From an uncultured Gammaproteobacteria bacterium (GTDB taxonomy: Bacteria; Patescibacteriota; Patescibacteriia; Veblenbacterales; UBA10138): DNA of 64,000 nucleotides. The stretch lies in contig CAYGDX010000002.1 in NCBI GenBank assembly GCA_964348825.1, positions 195,013 through 259,012 of the forward strand, in the 5' to 3' direction. The stretch's first letter is position 1; the number at the start of each line of letters is the position of its first letter. Positions 31,256 through 41,450 of this stretch are shown here, piece after piece. The notes beneath the pieces are model-generated. The model did no database searches and was not told the DNA's origin. It was given only the letters and a program-made list of their open reading frames with translations. The position numbers and the translations under genes were made by a program.

Positions 31256-31524
31256 AGACAAAGGTTCGCTTGTCCGCCGCAGCTCTCGCCGTCGCGTAGC
31301 CGCTATGGCGGAGCACGGTTAGCGAAGGCGGAAGTCCCTCCTTCGGCACCACTTAAAAGACGACGGGTTCAACCTGCGCCCCGTAGATCTGCTTCAGCAG
31401 ATTCTACTGGGGTCCCTCCTCGCCCAAATAAAAAATTTAAAATCACTAAAACGCTTAAACACTAAAACATTTTTTATTTTAATGTTCTAGTGATCTAATA
31501 TTCTAAATATAAAACTACTAACTA

Positions 31525-33414
31525 ATGACTAACAACTCAATTATGACTCCAATTAAAAACTATCAACCTCGAACTAATTCCCGCCCCGCCCCACGTGGTC
31601 GTTTTTGGGGCGCACGGCCTAAAAAACCAATCGTAACAAACGAAGCGCTTAAACCTTATTTACCAACTACCAACACTTCTAACCGACCAACCAACACTCC
31701 AATCCGTCCAATCGCTACACCTATCCGAACTGCACCTGCTTCTTCCGAACACAAACTAAAAATTATCCCCTTAGGTGGTCAAGAAGAAGTCGGTCGCAAT
31801 ATGACAGTATTTGAATACGATGGCGACATTGTAGTTTTAGATATGGGACTACAATTTCCGGAAGAAGATATGCCGGGCATTGATTATATTATTCCCGATA
31901 CACGTTATCTTAAAGGTAAAGAGCGACAAATCAAAGGCATATTACTTTCACACGGTCACTTGGATCACATTGGCGCCTTACCTCACATTATGCCTCAACT
32001 GGGTTGGCCCACAGTTTATGCTAGTAAAATGACACTAGCTTTAGTACGACGCCGACTTGAGGAATCAAACTTACAAAACTATTTAAAGGCCTATGAAATT
32101 AAATCATCTCAAGAGCGACTAACTTTAGGTAAATTTAAAATAAATTTCTTTGACGTGACTCACAGTATTATGGACGCCTTAGGTGTAATTATTCAAACAC
32201 CGGTAGTGAATGTTATTCACCCCGGCGATTGGCGCTACGATTTAAACCCAGTTACAGGTAAGCCAACTGATTTTTCTGCTCTAGCCCAGTGGAATACCAA
32301 AACTGTTCCATCAGTTTTAATGATGGAAAGTTTGGGTTCAACCAAAGAGGGTTCACAAATTCCCGAGTTAGAAGTATTCCGCAATATCAAACAATTAGTG
32401 GAAAAAGCACCGGGTCGTATTATCATTGCTACTTTCTCTTCAATGGTGGAACGAGTAAGCTGGATAATAAATGTGGCGGAAACTTTGGGTAAAAAAGTGG
32501 CGCTCGACGGTTACTCCATGAAAACGACTATCGAAATCGCCAAAAAAGTTGGTTATATAAAATTCAAACCTACAACCTTGATTGATATTAAACGCGCCCA
32601 CGATTACCCCGATAATAAAGTGGTGATTGTTTGTACTGGAGCTCAAGGTGAAGATCGTGCCGTATTAATGCGGATTGCGAATGGCGAACACCGCTCTATT
32701 AAAATTAAAAAAACTGACACTATTATTTTCTCCTCTTCGGTAATTCCAGGTAATGAACGCTCCATTCAGCGACTTAAGGATTCTTTGTATCGCCAATGTG
32801 ATAATGTAATTCACAAAGAGCTTATGGGTGTGCATGGTGGCGGTCACGCTTTGATTGAAGATATTAAATTATTAATTCGACAAGTCAGGCCACACTACTT
32901 TTTACCAATTTATGCCAACCATTATTTACTGAAAGAAGGCGCTAAAGTAGCCATGTCAATCGGCTTTCCACCACAAAATATTTTTATTTTAGATAATGGC
33001 AGTGTTGCTGAAGTAACAGCCAGCGGGCTGAAAGTATTAGATCAAAAAATTCCGATTGAATATGTTTTTGTTGATGGTTTAGGCGTTGGCGATGTTTCTC
33101 ATGTCGTACTCCGTGATCGACAAATGCTAGCGGCCGATGGTATGGTAGTAATAGTGGTCACAGTTGACGCGAGGAATGGTCAACTCATCGGTAGTCCAGA
33201 TATTATTTCCCGCGGTTTTGTGTATATGAAAGATAATAAAAAAATGATTGAAGAAACCCGTAACAAAATAAAACAACTAGTCAAAAATCAAAACCCAGCC
33301 GTAGCTACTGATGAAAATTATATTAAAGATAAAATCCGGAACGAAATCGGTCAATTTTTGTTTACCAAACTAGAACGGAGACCTATGATTTTACCGGTTG
33401 TGATTGAAGTGTAA
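31525..33414 (+). CDS. rnj: Ribonuclease J (metallo-beta-lactamase / beta-CASP) with an ~80-aa Pro/Thr-rich N-terminal extension
   Basis: HGHLDHIG motif, beta-CASP region, and C-terminal domain. 629 aa. Confidence 0.85.
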   Translation: MTNNSIMTPIKNYQPRTNSRPAPRGRFWGARPKKPIVTNEALKPYLPTTNTSNRPTNTPIRPIATPIRTAPASSEHKLKIIPLGGQEEVGRNMTVFEYDGDIVVLDMGLQFPEEDMPGIDYIIPDTRYLKGKERQIKGILLSHGHLDHIGALPHIMPQLGWPTVYASKMTLALVRRRLEESNLQNYLKAYEIKSSQERLTLGKFKINFFDVTHSIMDALGVIIQTPVVNVIHPGDWRYDLNPVTGKPTDFSALAQWNTKTVPSVLMMESLGSTKEGSQIPELEVFRNIKQLVEKAPGRIIIATFSSMVERVSWIINVAETLGKKVALDGYSMKTTIEIAKKVGYIKFKPTTLIDIKRAHDYPDNKVVIVCTGAQGEDRAVLMRIANGEHRSIKIKKTDTIIFSSSVIPGNERSIQRLKDSLYRQCDNVIHKELMGVHGGGHALIEDIKLLIRQVRPHYFLPIYANHYLLKEGAKVAMSIGFPPQNIFILDNGSVAEVTASGLKVLDQKIPIEYVFVDGLGVGDVSHVVLRDRQMLAADGMVVIVVTVDARNGQLIGSPDIISRGFVYMKDNKKMIEETRNKIKQLVKNQNPAVATDENYIKDKIRNEIGQFLFTKLERRPMILPVVIEV

Positions 33415-33493
33415 AGAATTTAGAATATAGAAGTTAGAATCTAGAATTAGTACTATACTTATCTAACTTCAAAATTCTAGCTTCTAGATTCGG
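33413..33493. repeat. Heptamer-based (TTAGAAT family) long imperfect palindrome in the rnj-trpS spacer
   Basis: agaatttagaatatagaagttagaatctagaattag ... ctaacttcaaaattctagcttctagattc. Confidence 0.6.
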
Positions 33494-33569
33494 AACAATA
33501 TAAATTGCGCTCCACTTTTAATTTTTAATTAACCACTTAGAACTACCTACACTATTAACCATCCAAACT

Positions 33570-34562
33570 ATGTTACCTACCAACAAAATCATCTTCTCAG
33601 GTATTCAACCTTCTGGTGAAATTCACTTTGGTAATTACTTGGGCGCGCTAAAAAATTGGGTACTACTCCAAGAACAAAATACCTGCTTTTTTGGAATTGT
33701 AGATTTGCATGCTATTACCGTACCTTATGAAACCAAAGATCTACCTACTAAGGTATTTGATTTAGCGGTAAATTATTTAGCGGCTGGGCTTGATCCTGAA
33801 AAATGTGTAATTTTTGTACAATCACAAGTGCCAGAACACACTGAACTGGCTTGGCTATTAAACACCATTACTCCTTTAGGCGAACTAGAAAGAATGACAC
33901 AATTCAAAGATAAATCCGATCAACATAAAAATTCAATTAACGCCGGCTTGTTAAATTATCCAGTGCTTATGGCGGCGGATATTTTGCTTTATCATGCAGA
34001 ATCAGTGCCGGTGGGTGAAGATCAAACCCAACACGTGGAACTCACCCGTGTAATTGCTCGCAAATTCAATAGCATGCATGGTGAATATTTCCGTGAACCA
34101 AAAGTTTGGGCTGGCGCAGTGCCAAAAGTTATGTCATTACTTGATCCCACTAAAAAAATGTCTAAGTCGCTTGGCGCTGGGCACTATATTGCGCTAGATG
34201 ATTCTCCAGAAATTATTCGCAAAAAAATTGCTCGCGCTGTAACTGATAGTGGTAGCGCTACCGACCGTGAAATCTCTGGTGGACGTAACTTACTCCAACT
34301 TTTTAAAGTTTTATCCGATGATAAGGCATTAAAACAAGAACTGCACGAGGCCTACAACAATGGTGAATTAAAATACAGTGAATTTAAACCACTCTTAGCA
34401 GAAACAATTATTAAAATATTAGAACCAATTCAATCTAAGCGCGCTGAACTAACGGCCAAACCAAAGGAAGTAAAAAAAATTTTACAAGATGGTCGCGATC
34501 GCGCCCGCCTCATCGCCCAAAAGACATTACAAGATGTGAAAGAGAGAATGGGGTTGTTGTAA
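33570..34562 (+). CDS. trpS: Tryptophan--tRNA ligase
   Basis: HIGH-class motif in IFSGIQPSGEIHFGNYLGA, plus KMSKS. 330 aa. Confidence 0.9.
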   Translation: MLPTNKIIFSGIQPSGEIHFGNYLGALKNWVLLQEQNTCFFGIVDLHAITVPYETKDLPTKVFDLAVNYLAAGLDPEKCVIFVQSQVPEHTELAWLLNTITPLGELERMTQFKDKSDQHKNSINAGLLNYPVLMAADILLYHAESVPVGEDQTQHVELTRVIARKFNSMHGEYFREPKVWAGAVPKVMSLLDPTKKMSKSLGAGHYIALDDSPEIIRKKIARAVTDSGSATDREISGGRNLLQLFKVLSDDKALKQELHEAYNNGELKYSEFKPLLAETIIKILEPIQSKRAELTAKPKEVKKILQDGRDRARLIAQKTLQDVKERMGLL

Positions 34563-34587
34563 AAACTTTTATTAATTTAAACTTTTT

Positions 34588-34613
34588 AAAAAGCGACAAA
34601 ATTGTCGCTTTTT
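34588..34613 (+). terminator. Rho-independent terminator of trpS
   Basis: aaaaagcgacaaaattgtcgcttttt. Confidence 0.7.
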
Positions 34614-34620
34614 AAATTAC

Positions 34621-34780
34621 TGCCGCCCTGTCGTAGGGTTTGTACAGAGCGGAAGTCAAACGAGCTTTAGGTTCGGGCGTGCTGTGGTAGTTGTGCATAG
34701 CCCGAATCAGCTCGTTTGACGAGCACTGTTCAAACCCGGAGACCGAGGCGGCGATTTTATGTTACTTTATAAAAAGTAAC
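34621..34780 (+). repeat. Structured GC-rich dispersed repeat, copy 2 (orientation A)
   Basis: tgccgccctgtcgtagggtttgtacagagcggaagtcaaacgagc...gttactttataaaaagtaac. Shows a compensatory stem change relative to copy 1: ttcgggc/gcccgaa here against tcaggcc/ggcctga there. Confidence 0.8.
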
Positions 34781-34862
34781 ACGATTGATATTGACAAAAC
34801 CGCCAAAAATAATAAAATTAAACAAACACACACCATCAAAAAACAAAGATTGGAATTTAACA

Positions 34863-35648
34863 ATGAAATACATTATCTTAATAATTCTACTAATTACCCC
34901 AACTTACGCCCAAAATCAAATCGACACCTTACTTAAAAACACATTAGTAATAATTGACGCCGGGCATGGTGGCAAAGATCCTGGTGCAAGCACAACCTAC
35001 AACGGAAACATTATTTGGGAAGATGAATATGCTTATGACATTGGGCTTAAACTAAAAAATCAAATAGAAGCTTGTGGCGGTAAAGCGCTAATGACAGTAA
35101 TTGATATTAATCAACCCGCCTTCCATACTAATCAAGAAATATTACCATTAACTTATGGTGAAATTTTTGCTTTTGATAGTAGTTTAGTAACCGCTGATAG
35201 CACTGGTCTACAAAAACGTTGTCAATTTGGTAATTTACAACTTAAAAAATTTCCAAAAACGACTATTGTTTGGATATCAATTCACTTAGATATCGCAGCC
35301 GACTCTGCCACTCAAGGCGTTATGATAATTGCGCCCGATACTAATTCTTTATTAGCTAAAAACTTTCGCGATGTTTTTGCAAAAAATAATTTACTCCGCG
35401 ATAGTTGCTCGCTAGTAAAAAATAAAGACCGACCTTGCCGTATAAGAAACCTGCATGTTTTACGTACTAACAATAAAATTAAAGATCGTATTTTTTTAGA
35501 ATTAGGAAATATGCTAAATAAATATGATTTAAGTTTAATTATTAGTGAACAAGGTAGAAATAATTATGTTCATCATTTAATGAACGGATTACAAAACTTT
35601 TTAATCACCAAACAATTTTTAACCAAACTAAAAAGCGGTTCGGAATAA
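34863..35648 (+). CDS. N-acetylmuramoyl-L-alanine amidase (Amidase_3 family), secreted
   Basis: Signal peptide MKYIILIILLITPTYA and Zn-site motif IIDAGHGGKDPGA. Start at the internal Met (34863). Confidence 0.7.
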   Translation: MKYIILIILLITPTYAQNQIDTLLKNTLVIIDAGHGGKDPGASTTYNGNIIWEDEYAYDIGLKLKNQIEACGGKALMTVIDINQPAFHTNQEILPLTYGEIFAFDSSLVTADSTGLQKRCQFGNLQLKKFPKTTIVWISIHLDIAADSATQGVMIIAPDTNSLLAKNFRDVFAKNNLLRDSCSLVKNKDRPCRIRNLHVLRTNNKIKDRIFLELGNMLNKYDLSLIISEQGRNNYVHHLMNGLQNFLITKQFLTKLKSGSE

Positions 35649-35668
35649 TTCCCAACCGCTTTATTTTT

Positions 35669-36466
35669 TTACAAACTAACTTTTTGTAATTTAACTTTTC
35701 TCCTTAACCACTTCTCCGCAATCATTTGGGTTTGTTCATTTAAGTCAGTTACATAAAATTCACTCTCACCCATTTCTAAATCATCTACTTTGATATTTTT
35801 TAATAAAGCGCTAGCAGTTTCTTCAGCTGGATCAATTAAAATAGCCCGCTTTGGTAAACGCGGAATAATAATTTTTTTAAGTAATGGATAATGTGTGCAA
35901 GCCAACACCAAAGCATCCACTTGATGCTGTTTAAACGGTTGTAAATAGGTTTTTACAATTCGTTTAGTTTCTGATTTGTCTAACCAATTTTCTTCAACGA
36001 GTGGTACTAAAAGTGGTGCAGAACGAGCAATCACTTCAAAATCACCTTGTTCTTTTAATAATTTTTGATAAATACCACTATTCACGAGTGCCCTAGTTCC
36101 CATAATACCCACTTGATAGTTCCTAGTTCCTAGCCACTGGTTCTTAGTTTTTTTAGAAACAGTTGTAATCGCCTGAACAGTTGGCGTTATTACATCAAAC
36201 ACTTTAATTTTTGGAAATTCTTTTTTAATTGCTTCTATTCCAACCGCTGAAACAGTATTGCAAGCCACCACAATTATTTTTGCACCCTTTTCTACTAAAA
36301 ATCGGGCCGCTTCCACGCCATAACGAGATACTACCTCAGCTGATTTATTACCATACGGCGTACGCGCAGTATCACCTAAATAAATAAGTTTAGCACCAGG
36401 TAATTTTTTCTGCACTTCTTTAAGTACAGTGAGCCCGCCTACTCCAGAATCAAATAAGCCAATCAT
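35669..36466 (-). CDS. murI: Glutamate racemase
   Basis: MIGLFDSGVGGLTVLKEV, two catalytic Cys regions (VACNT and LACTHYP). 265 aa. Confidence 0.85.
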   Translation of the reverse strand: MIGLFDSGVGGLTVLKEVQKKLPGAKLIYLGDTARTPYGNKSAEVVSRYGVEAARFLVEKGAKIIVVACNTVSAVGIEAIKKEFPKIKVFDVITPTVQAITTVSKKTKNQWLGTRNYQVGIMGTRALVNSGIYQKLLKEQGDFEVIARSAPLLVPLVEENWLDKSETKRIVKTYLQPFKQHQVDALVLACTHYPLLKKIIIPRLPKRAILIDPAEETASALLKNIKVDDLEMGESEFYVTDLNEQTQMIAEKWLRRKVKLQKVSL

Positions 36467-36602
36467 ACCCAGTATATCAACTTCACTACGCCAAATTAAA
36501 GCGTAGATTAGTTGCGTAGTTAATGATTAAATTACAAATTTTATAAAATAACATAGTTAAGTACTAATTTGGCAAAAGTTTAAGTGAAGTTGTATATCTG
36601 GG

Positions 36603-37931
36603 TCATATTTTGGATTTAATAAAATCTAATAATTCCTTTTGTTTAATTTGCAACATCGTTTGATCTTTAGCTTCCACTGTTATACGAAGTAATGGTTCAG
36701 TATTTGAGGGTCGCACATTGCACCACCAATCTGGATAACTCACAGTAACCCCATCCAACTCATCAATGGCGCCATCTTTATAATATTCTTTAATTTCAGT
36801 CAAAATTTCAGCTTGGTTTTTTACTTCTAAATTTACCTCTGGTGCTTTAGTATAAGGCGAATATTCTTTAACTAATTCTGACAGTGGTTTATCAGCGCGC
36901 GATAACATTTCTAAAACTAATAAGGCCGCAATCATACCTGAATCAGCACTATAATTATCACGGAATGAATAATGTGCCGAAATTTCCCCACCCATTATCG
37001 CACCTTGATGGAGTAGTGCCTGACTAACATTTACATAACCAACCGCGGTTCTAATTGGTTTACCACCCCACTTGGTTATAAATTCTGGCACAGCCCGTGA
37101 GCAAATTAAATTATAAGCAATGGCCGCGCCTGGCTCACGATGTAAAAATTCATTAGCGAGTAGTAAAAGTGTAACATCAGCCGGTACAAATCTACCTGTT
37201 TCATCAATAAAAAACACTCGATCAGTATCACCATCAAACATAATTCCAATATCAGCCTCTGATTCACGCACGGTTTGACTAATTTTATCAGCCGCATTGG
37301 GCGCTAAGGGATTAGACGGTCGATTGGGAAAAGAACCATCTAATTCAAACCAGAGTGGTTGATGTTTAAAAGGAAAATTTTCAAACAATAATGGGATAGC
37401 TTTTCCGGCCATACCATTGCCGGCATCCACTACTACTTTAAGTGGTTTTAAAATTTTAACATCTACAAACGATCGAACATGTTTTAAATAATCCGGCCAA
37501 ATATCAAACTTTGATACTTGCCCTAAATTATTCATAACTGGTAATTCAGCTTTTACTAAATCACGTAATTCTCGCCCGCGTACCCACTGCGTATGGCGAC
37601 GCATTACTTTAAAACCATTATACTCCGGCGGATTATGTGAAGCTGTTACCATAATACCAGCTAGATAATCAAATTTCCCCACTGCAAAATAAACTGCATC
37701 AATTGGTACTAAATCTATGTCGTGTACATTAACACCGCCCTTACACAAACCTAAAATTAAGGCCTGATGTAAAACCGGCGATGATAAACGCATATCTCTA
37801 CCTACTACCACCGTTCCTTCACCAACTAATTGTCCTATGGCGCGACCAACTGCTTCAGCCGCTTCGGCATTTAATTCACTGGGATAAATGCCGCGAATAT
37901 CATAGGCCTTAAAAATACTATCTGAATACAT
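36603..37931 (-). CDS. Phosphomannomutase/phosphoglucomutase (alpha-D-phosphohexomutase)
   Basis: Active site TASHNPPEYNGFK and metal-binding DGDTDR. Start at the internal MYSDSIFKAYDIRG. Confidence 0.8.
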   Translation of the reverse strand: MYSDSIFKAYDIRGIYPSELNAEAAEAVGRAIGQLVGEGTVVVGRDMRLSSPVLHQALILGLCKGGVNVHDIDLVPIDAVYFAVGKFDYLAGIMVTASHNPPEYNGFKVMRRHTQWVRGRELRDLVKAELPVMNNLGQVSKFDIWPDYLKHVRSFVDVKILKPLKVVVDAGNGMAGKAIPLLFENFPFKHQPLWFELDGSFPNRPSNPLAPNAADKISQTVRESEADIGIMFDGDTDRVFFIDETGRFVPADVTLLLLANEFLHREPGAAIAYNLICSRAVPEFITKWGGKPIRTAVGYVNVSQALLHQGAIMGGEISAHYSFRDNYSADSGMIAALLVLEMLSRADKPLSELVKEYSPYTKAPEVNLEVKNQAEILTEIKEYYKDGAIDELDGVTVSYPDWWCNVRPSNTEPLLRITVEAKDQTMLQIKQKELLDFIKSKI

Positions 37932-37935
37932 AAAA

Positions 37936-39057
37936 TTAAAATGATTGAATGGTTCGCTTTTGTACTCGCACCAAAGCGCCCCAAGCAGCCAGTGTGCCGA
38001 ACAATCCAAGCAACCAACCTAAAAATGGGATGGTAACTAGTAACGAATAAATTACAATACCAAAACTAACGGTAGCAAGTTGCGACCATTTTTTAATTTT
38101 GGTAAAATTTTTATTATCTTTTAAATAAATCCCGAGTGTGGCTCCAGCTAAAGCTGTACTTAATAACAATCCAATAAAATATACAGCGGTTAAAATTAAA
38201 GCCAACGGCCAACCAATAATGGTAATTAATAAAACAATAATCACTATCGGTACAACTACCGCAAAGGCCGCCCCCCAACCTAAACTCGGCCAAAATTTAG
38301 TTAAAACCTCTTGACTTACTTCTGATAATTTATGAGGTAACAATTTTACCAGCACTAAACCAACCACTAAAGCACTAAACAAACCAATTAATTTATTCCA
38401 CCACCAACCTAGTGCATTTGACTTATCAACCAATGGTTTGTGAATTAAATTAGCCGATACACTAGCCTGCTCTGATATCTGCGCGGGCCTCACTGCTTCA
38501 TAAATAAATTGATTCTGAAGTACCGCCTTGTCATTAATTTTTAAACTTCCTCTTTTTTCAATTGCTAAATTGGTCTGCCCAAAAACTGAACCGTTTATTA
38601 TCGCCCGCTCCGCTCTACCATTTACACTGCCAACCACCTTACCATTTAAATAAAAACTACTTGCTATAAAATTAATATGGCCTTTAATTTCATTTTTATC
38701 ACTTAACATCAAACTACCAGCGGCTATCGAAACATTTTTACCAATCGTACCAAATAAATCTACTTGTTCACCAAACACACGTACATTACCTAAAACTTCC
38801 CCATTAATTTTTACAGTGCCCCCAATTGCCAACACATCACCCTTCACTTGACCGTTAACAACAACTTGACCACCAATTACTACCACATCACCCTCCACCG
38901 TGCCATTAATTTCCACCGTACTTCCCACTCGATACAAATTACCCGTCACAGTTTCACCCACACCCACGTAAACACTAGCCAAATCGCCAGCTAAAACCGG
39001 AGTTGAATTAAATAATAATACAGCAGCCAAAAACAAAAAAATTACCTTAAATTTCAT
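37936..39057 (-). CDS. Bactofilin-like (beta-helical repeat) protein fused to a C-terminal multi-TM domain
   Basis: N-terminal signal/TM, then repeated G.V.G(D/N)V.I.G motifs typical of bactofilin/CcmA beta-helices, then 4 TM helices. Confidence 0.5.
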   Translation of the reverse strand: MKFKVIFLFLAAVLLFNSTPVLAGDLASVYVGVGETVTGNLYRVGSTVEINGTVEGDVVVIGGQVVVNGQVKGDVLAIGGTVKINGEVLGNVRVFGEQVDLFGTIGKNVSIAAGSLMLSDKNEIKGHINFIASSFYLNGKVVGSVNGRAERAIINGSVFGQTNLAIEKRGSLKINDKAVLQNQFIYEAVRPAQISEQASVSANLIHKPLVDKSNALGWWWNKLIGLFSALVVGLVLVKLLPHKLSEVSQEVLTKFWPSLGWGAAFAVVVPIVIIVLLITIIGWPLALILTAVYFIGLLLSTALAGATLGIYLKDNKNFTKIKKWSQLATVSFGIVIYSLLVTIPFLGWLLGLFGTLAAWGALVRVQKRTIQSF

Positions 39058-39137
39058 AAATTAATGTTATATTTAATGATTAATCAGCCATTATATTATA
39101 ACGGCTGAAGGGGAAAATAACAAATATTTCCTTACCG

Positions 39138-39297
39138 CTTCTCTAGAGAAGTGGTGCAAGAATCGCCGCCTCGGTCTCCGTATTTAAACAGTGCTCGTCA
39201 AACGAGCTGGCTCGGCCTATGCACAGCGGCCACAAACACGGCCTCGCCGGACGCTCGTTTGCCTTGCGCTCTGTACAAATACTACGACAGGACGGCA
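39138..39297 (-). repeat. Structured GC-rich dispersed repeat, copy 3 (reverse orientation), with a terminal palindrome cttctctagagaag
   Basis: Reverse complement aligns with copies 1 and 2 across the long-hairpin core. Confidence 0.75.
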
Positions 39298-39300
39298 AAA

Positions 39301-39335
39301 CTTTCGGATTTCGATATTCGGATTTAGGATTTGAG
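39301..39335. repeat. Heptamer tract (TCGGATT family) adjacent to repeat copy 3
   Basis: ctttcggatttcgatattcggatttaggatttgag. Confidence 0.6.
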
Positions 39336-40241
39336 TAATTTAATCCACTTAACCACTACCTTCACCAACTCCCCCTCCTTGCCATCAAACCCATGATTGG
39401 CTCCAGTAATTAATTGACCAGTAAAAAATTCAGTCGGAATTTGATTTTTAAAAATCTGCAAAATTTTAGCTGGTGGAAGATCGGCATATTGATCTTTCTC
39501 GCCAATTAATACTAACGTTGGTTTATTTAATTTTTTGACCCAAGTGAATTTACATTTTGATTGATAATAGGGAAACATATCTTCTACGCTATTTGAAGTA
39601 GCAATACTTAAAAATCTTTGGGCTGACCATAAAATACCTTTAAATAAATTCAAAGGTAACAATTCATCACCACGTTTTTGTGTGACCATTTTTTTAGCCA
39701 AATTTAAAGTACTTTGGTATTTCTGACCTAAAACTTTTTTAAATCCTGGTACATCACTAAGCGGCCCGAGTAATCCAACCCCAACAATCCCCTTACCGCC
39801 AGTAGTTTGTATATAATAAGCCACCTTGTTAGCGCCCGTGCTGTGACCACACAAAATAATTTTTTTATAACCCTGACCTTGCAAAAACCTTATACCGGCC
39901 TCAATATCAAAAATACAATCGGTAAATTTTTCATAAGCCGTACCGCCTAACTCACGCTGTTCTTTTTTAAGACCCTTTCTTAATCTCACCGCCACACCTG
40001 AACCACGATGCTCTAGTATTGCAAGCGACAATCCTTGTTTAATAAATTCTTCGGCCAACTTTTTTACCTTACTTGCCCGTGGCATAATGGAAAAAGAAAG
40101 CGCTCCCAACCACAAAACTACCGTACGACTTTTCCCCTGCGGTTCAAATAACATCCCACCTAAATTTAACTTATCGCGAGTTAATACTGAAAAAAGGTTA
40201 GTTTGCATAAACATCTTCTTAATTTTAACAAAAAATATCAA
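39324..40241 (-). CDS. Alpha/beta hydrolase fold protein
   Basis: Nucleophile elbow CGHSTGAN (GxSxG). 305 aa. Confidence 0.6.
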   Translation of the reverse strand: MIFFVKIKKMFMQTNLFSVLTRDKLNLGGMLFEPQGKSRTVVLWLGALSFSIMPRASKVKKLAEEFIKQGLSLAILEHRGSGVAVRLRKGLKKEQRELGGTAYEKFTDCIFDIEAGIRFLQGQGYKKIILCGHSTGANKVAYYIQTTGGKGIVGVGLLGPLSDVPGFKKVLGQKYQSTLNLAKKMVTQKRGDELLPLNLFKGILWSAQRFLSIATSNSVEDMFPYYQSKCKFTWVKKLNKPTLVLIGEKDQYADLPPAKILQIFKNQIPTEFFTGQLITGANHGFDGKEGELVKVVVKWIKLLKS

Positions 40242-40290
40242 AAAATAAAAATCCCCTGATTGTTGTTACAATCAGGGGTAAATAGCTTGT

Positions 40291-40500
40291 TTAGCTCACC
40301 GCTTTGGCGGCTTTACTAATTGCCTCTTCACGTGTATCAGCCGAACCTATATATTTGCCATCTTTAATAATATCAAAACCGCCATTACCGGAGGTATCAA
40401 ATGATATTAAACGCATAATAGGGTCGTCTGGCTTACGCTGCACCTCTGCTTCACTCTTACCATCACTTGATGTAATGGTGGCAATAGTTTTGTTGGCCAT
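40291..40500 (-). CDS. Small hypothetical protein (69 aa) downstream of operator site 1
   Basis: ORF only. The palindromic operator lies 70 bp upstream. Confidence 0.4.
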   Translation of the reverse strand: MANKTIATITSSDGKSEAEVQRKPDDPIMRLISFDTSGNGGFDIIKDGKYIGSADTREEAISKAAKAVS

Positions 40501-40567
40501 AATAGACCTTTCTATGTTTCACTCTACAGCTCCACTGTAGTCTGGGGTGATTTGTCACCTGTTTATT

Positions 40568-40595
40568 TGTATCAACGTATTAACACATTGATACA
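40568..40595. promoter_or_regulatory. 28-bp palindromic operator-like site 1 (TGTATCAACGTATTAACACATTGATACA); candidate YerC/TrpR-family binding site
   Basis: Near-perfect dyad with a GTTAAC centre. Near-identical copy at 47261-47287 and related copy at 47649-47677. Confidence 0.55.
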
Positions 40596-41450
40596 ATTTT
40601 GCAATTGATCCACAATTGGTATTTTATTAGAAGATAAATTTATTATTCCCCTAGGTAAATCCTGTGGATAAAGTACGCGATTATTAATATTCCCAATCTC
40701 TTTCCAAAGTAATATGGTTTGCTCTAAACACATTACCGAAAATTTAACTTGTTTATTTTCCGGAATTGAAGCCCATTTAACTGGATTACCAAATGGTAAA
40801 ATATACGGCACGCCGATATTACCACTTCCAACCAACTGGCGTCCGGAAAATGGCACACCTGGATAAAAATCACGCTCACACACCTCATCAATAACTTCAT
40901 CAAAAACAAAAAGACTCTTAACCTCTACACCCCTACCCTGCAATCTCTCAACCCCCTCCTTAATAGCTATTGATGTACAAATTGTTGGCACTTGAATACC
41001 CGACCCACCAAACATATCAACCACCTCGATCATTTGCTGACCACTGAATACCACATCATCAACTAACACGATGCGATTCAAATTAAAATTAGCCAATAAA
41101 TCAAGTTGCTCTTTTATGTTGGTAGCACCAGCACGACTGCCCAAACCCACATCCAAACCTTTCTCATCAACTAACCGTGTTATATTTAATTGATGTTTGG
41201 TTTTGTAATATACTCGATCAAGCGAAACTGGTGTGAGGTTAGTTTTCTCAACCAGAGATTTAATCCCCACAAAATTTATCTCTGGCATAAATCTAAAATC
41301 TGGAAATATCCGCTTCACAAATATCGAAAAGTTAAGACGGAGTTCTGCAAAAAAATCTTCTGTTGGTAACGTAAAATTTTTTTGCTTCGCCCACTCAGCT
41401 AATAACGCCTCAATATCACCTGAAACAATATAACATTTATCCTTACGCAT
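40572..41450 (-). CDS. Phosphoribosyltransferase-like protein (PRPP-binding motif)
   Basis: RIVLVDDVVFSGQQM resembles the PRTase type I PRPP-binding loop. 292 aa. Confidence 0.5.
   Translation of the reverse strand: MRKDKCYIVSGDIEALLAEWAKQKNFTLPTEDFFAELRLNFSIFVKRIFPDFRFMPEINFVGIKSLVEKTNLTPVSLDRVYYKTKHQLNITRLVDEKGLDVGLGSRAGATNIKEQLDLLANFNLNRIVLVDDVVFSGQQMIEVVDMFGGSGIQVPTICTSIAIKEGVERLQGRGVEVKSLFVFDEVIDEVCERDFYPGVPFSGRQLVGSGNIGVPYILPFGNPVKWASIPENKQVKFSVMCLEQTILLWKEIGNINNRVLYPQDLPRGIINLSSNKIPIVDQLQNCINVLIR

Noticed and set aside
31058-31465. 135-aa Pro/Arg-rich ORF
   Set aside because: It overlaps tRNA-Leu and the GC-rich tRNA-end remnants. Its composition is driven by GC-rich non-coding sequence.
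40572-40600. Possibility that operator site 1 means the PRTase-like ORF is over-called
   Set aside because: The dyad overlaps only the last 8 codons of the ORF. Overlap of a downstream gene's operator with the end of an upstream gene is common in compact genomes, so the CDS is kept.
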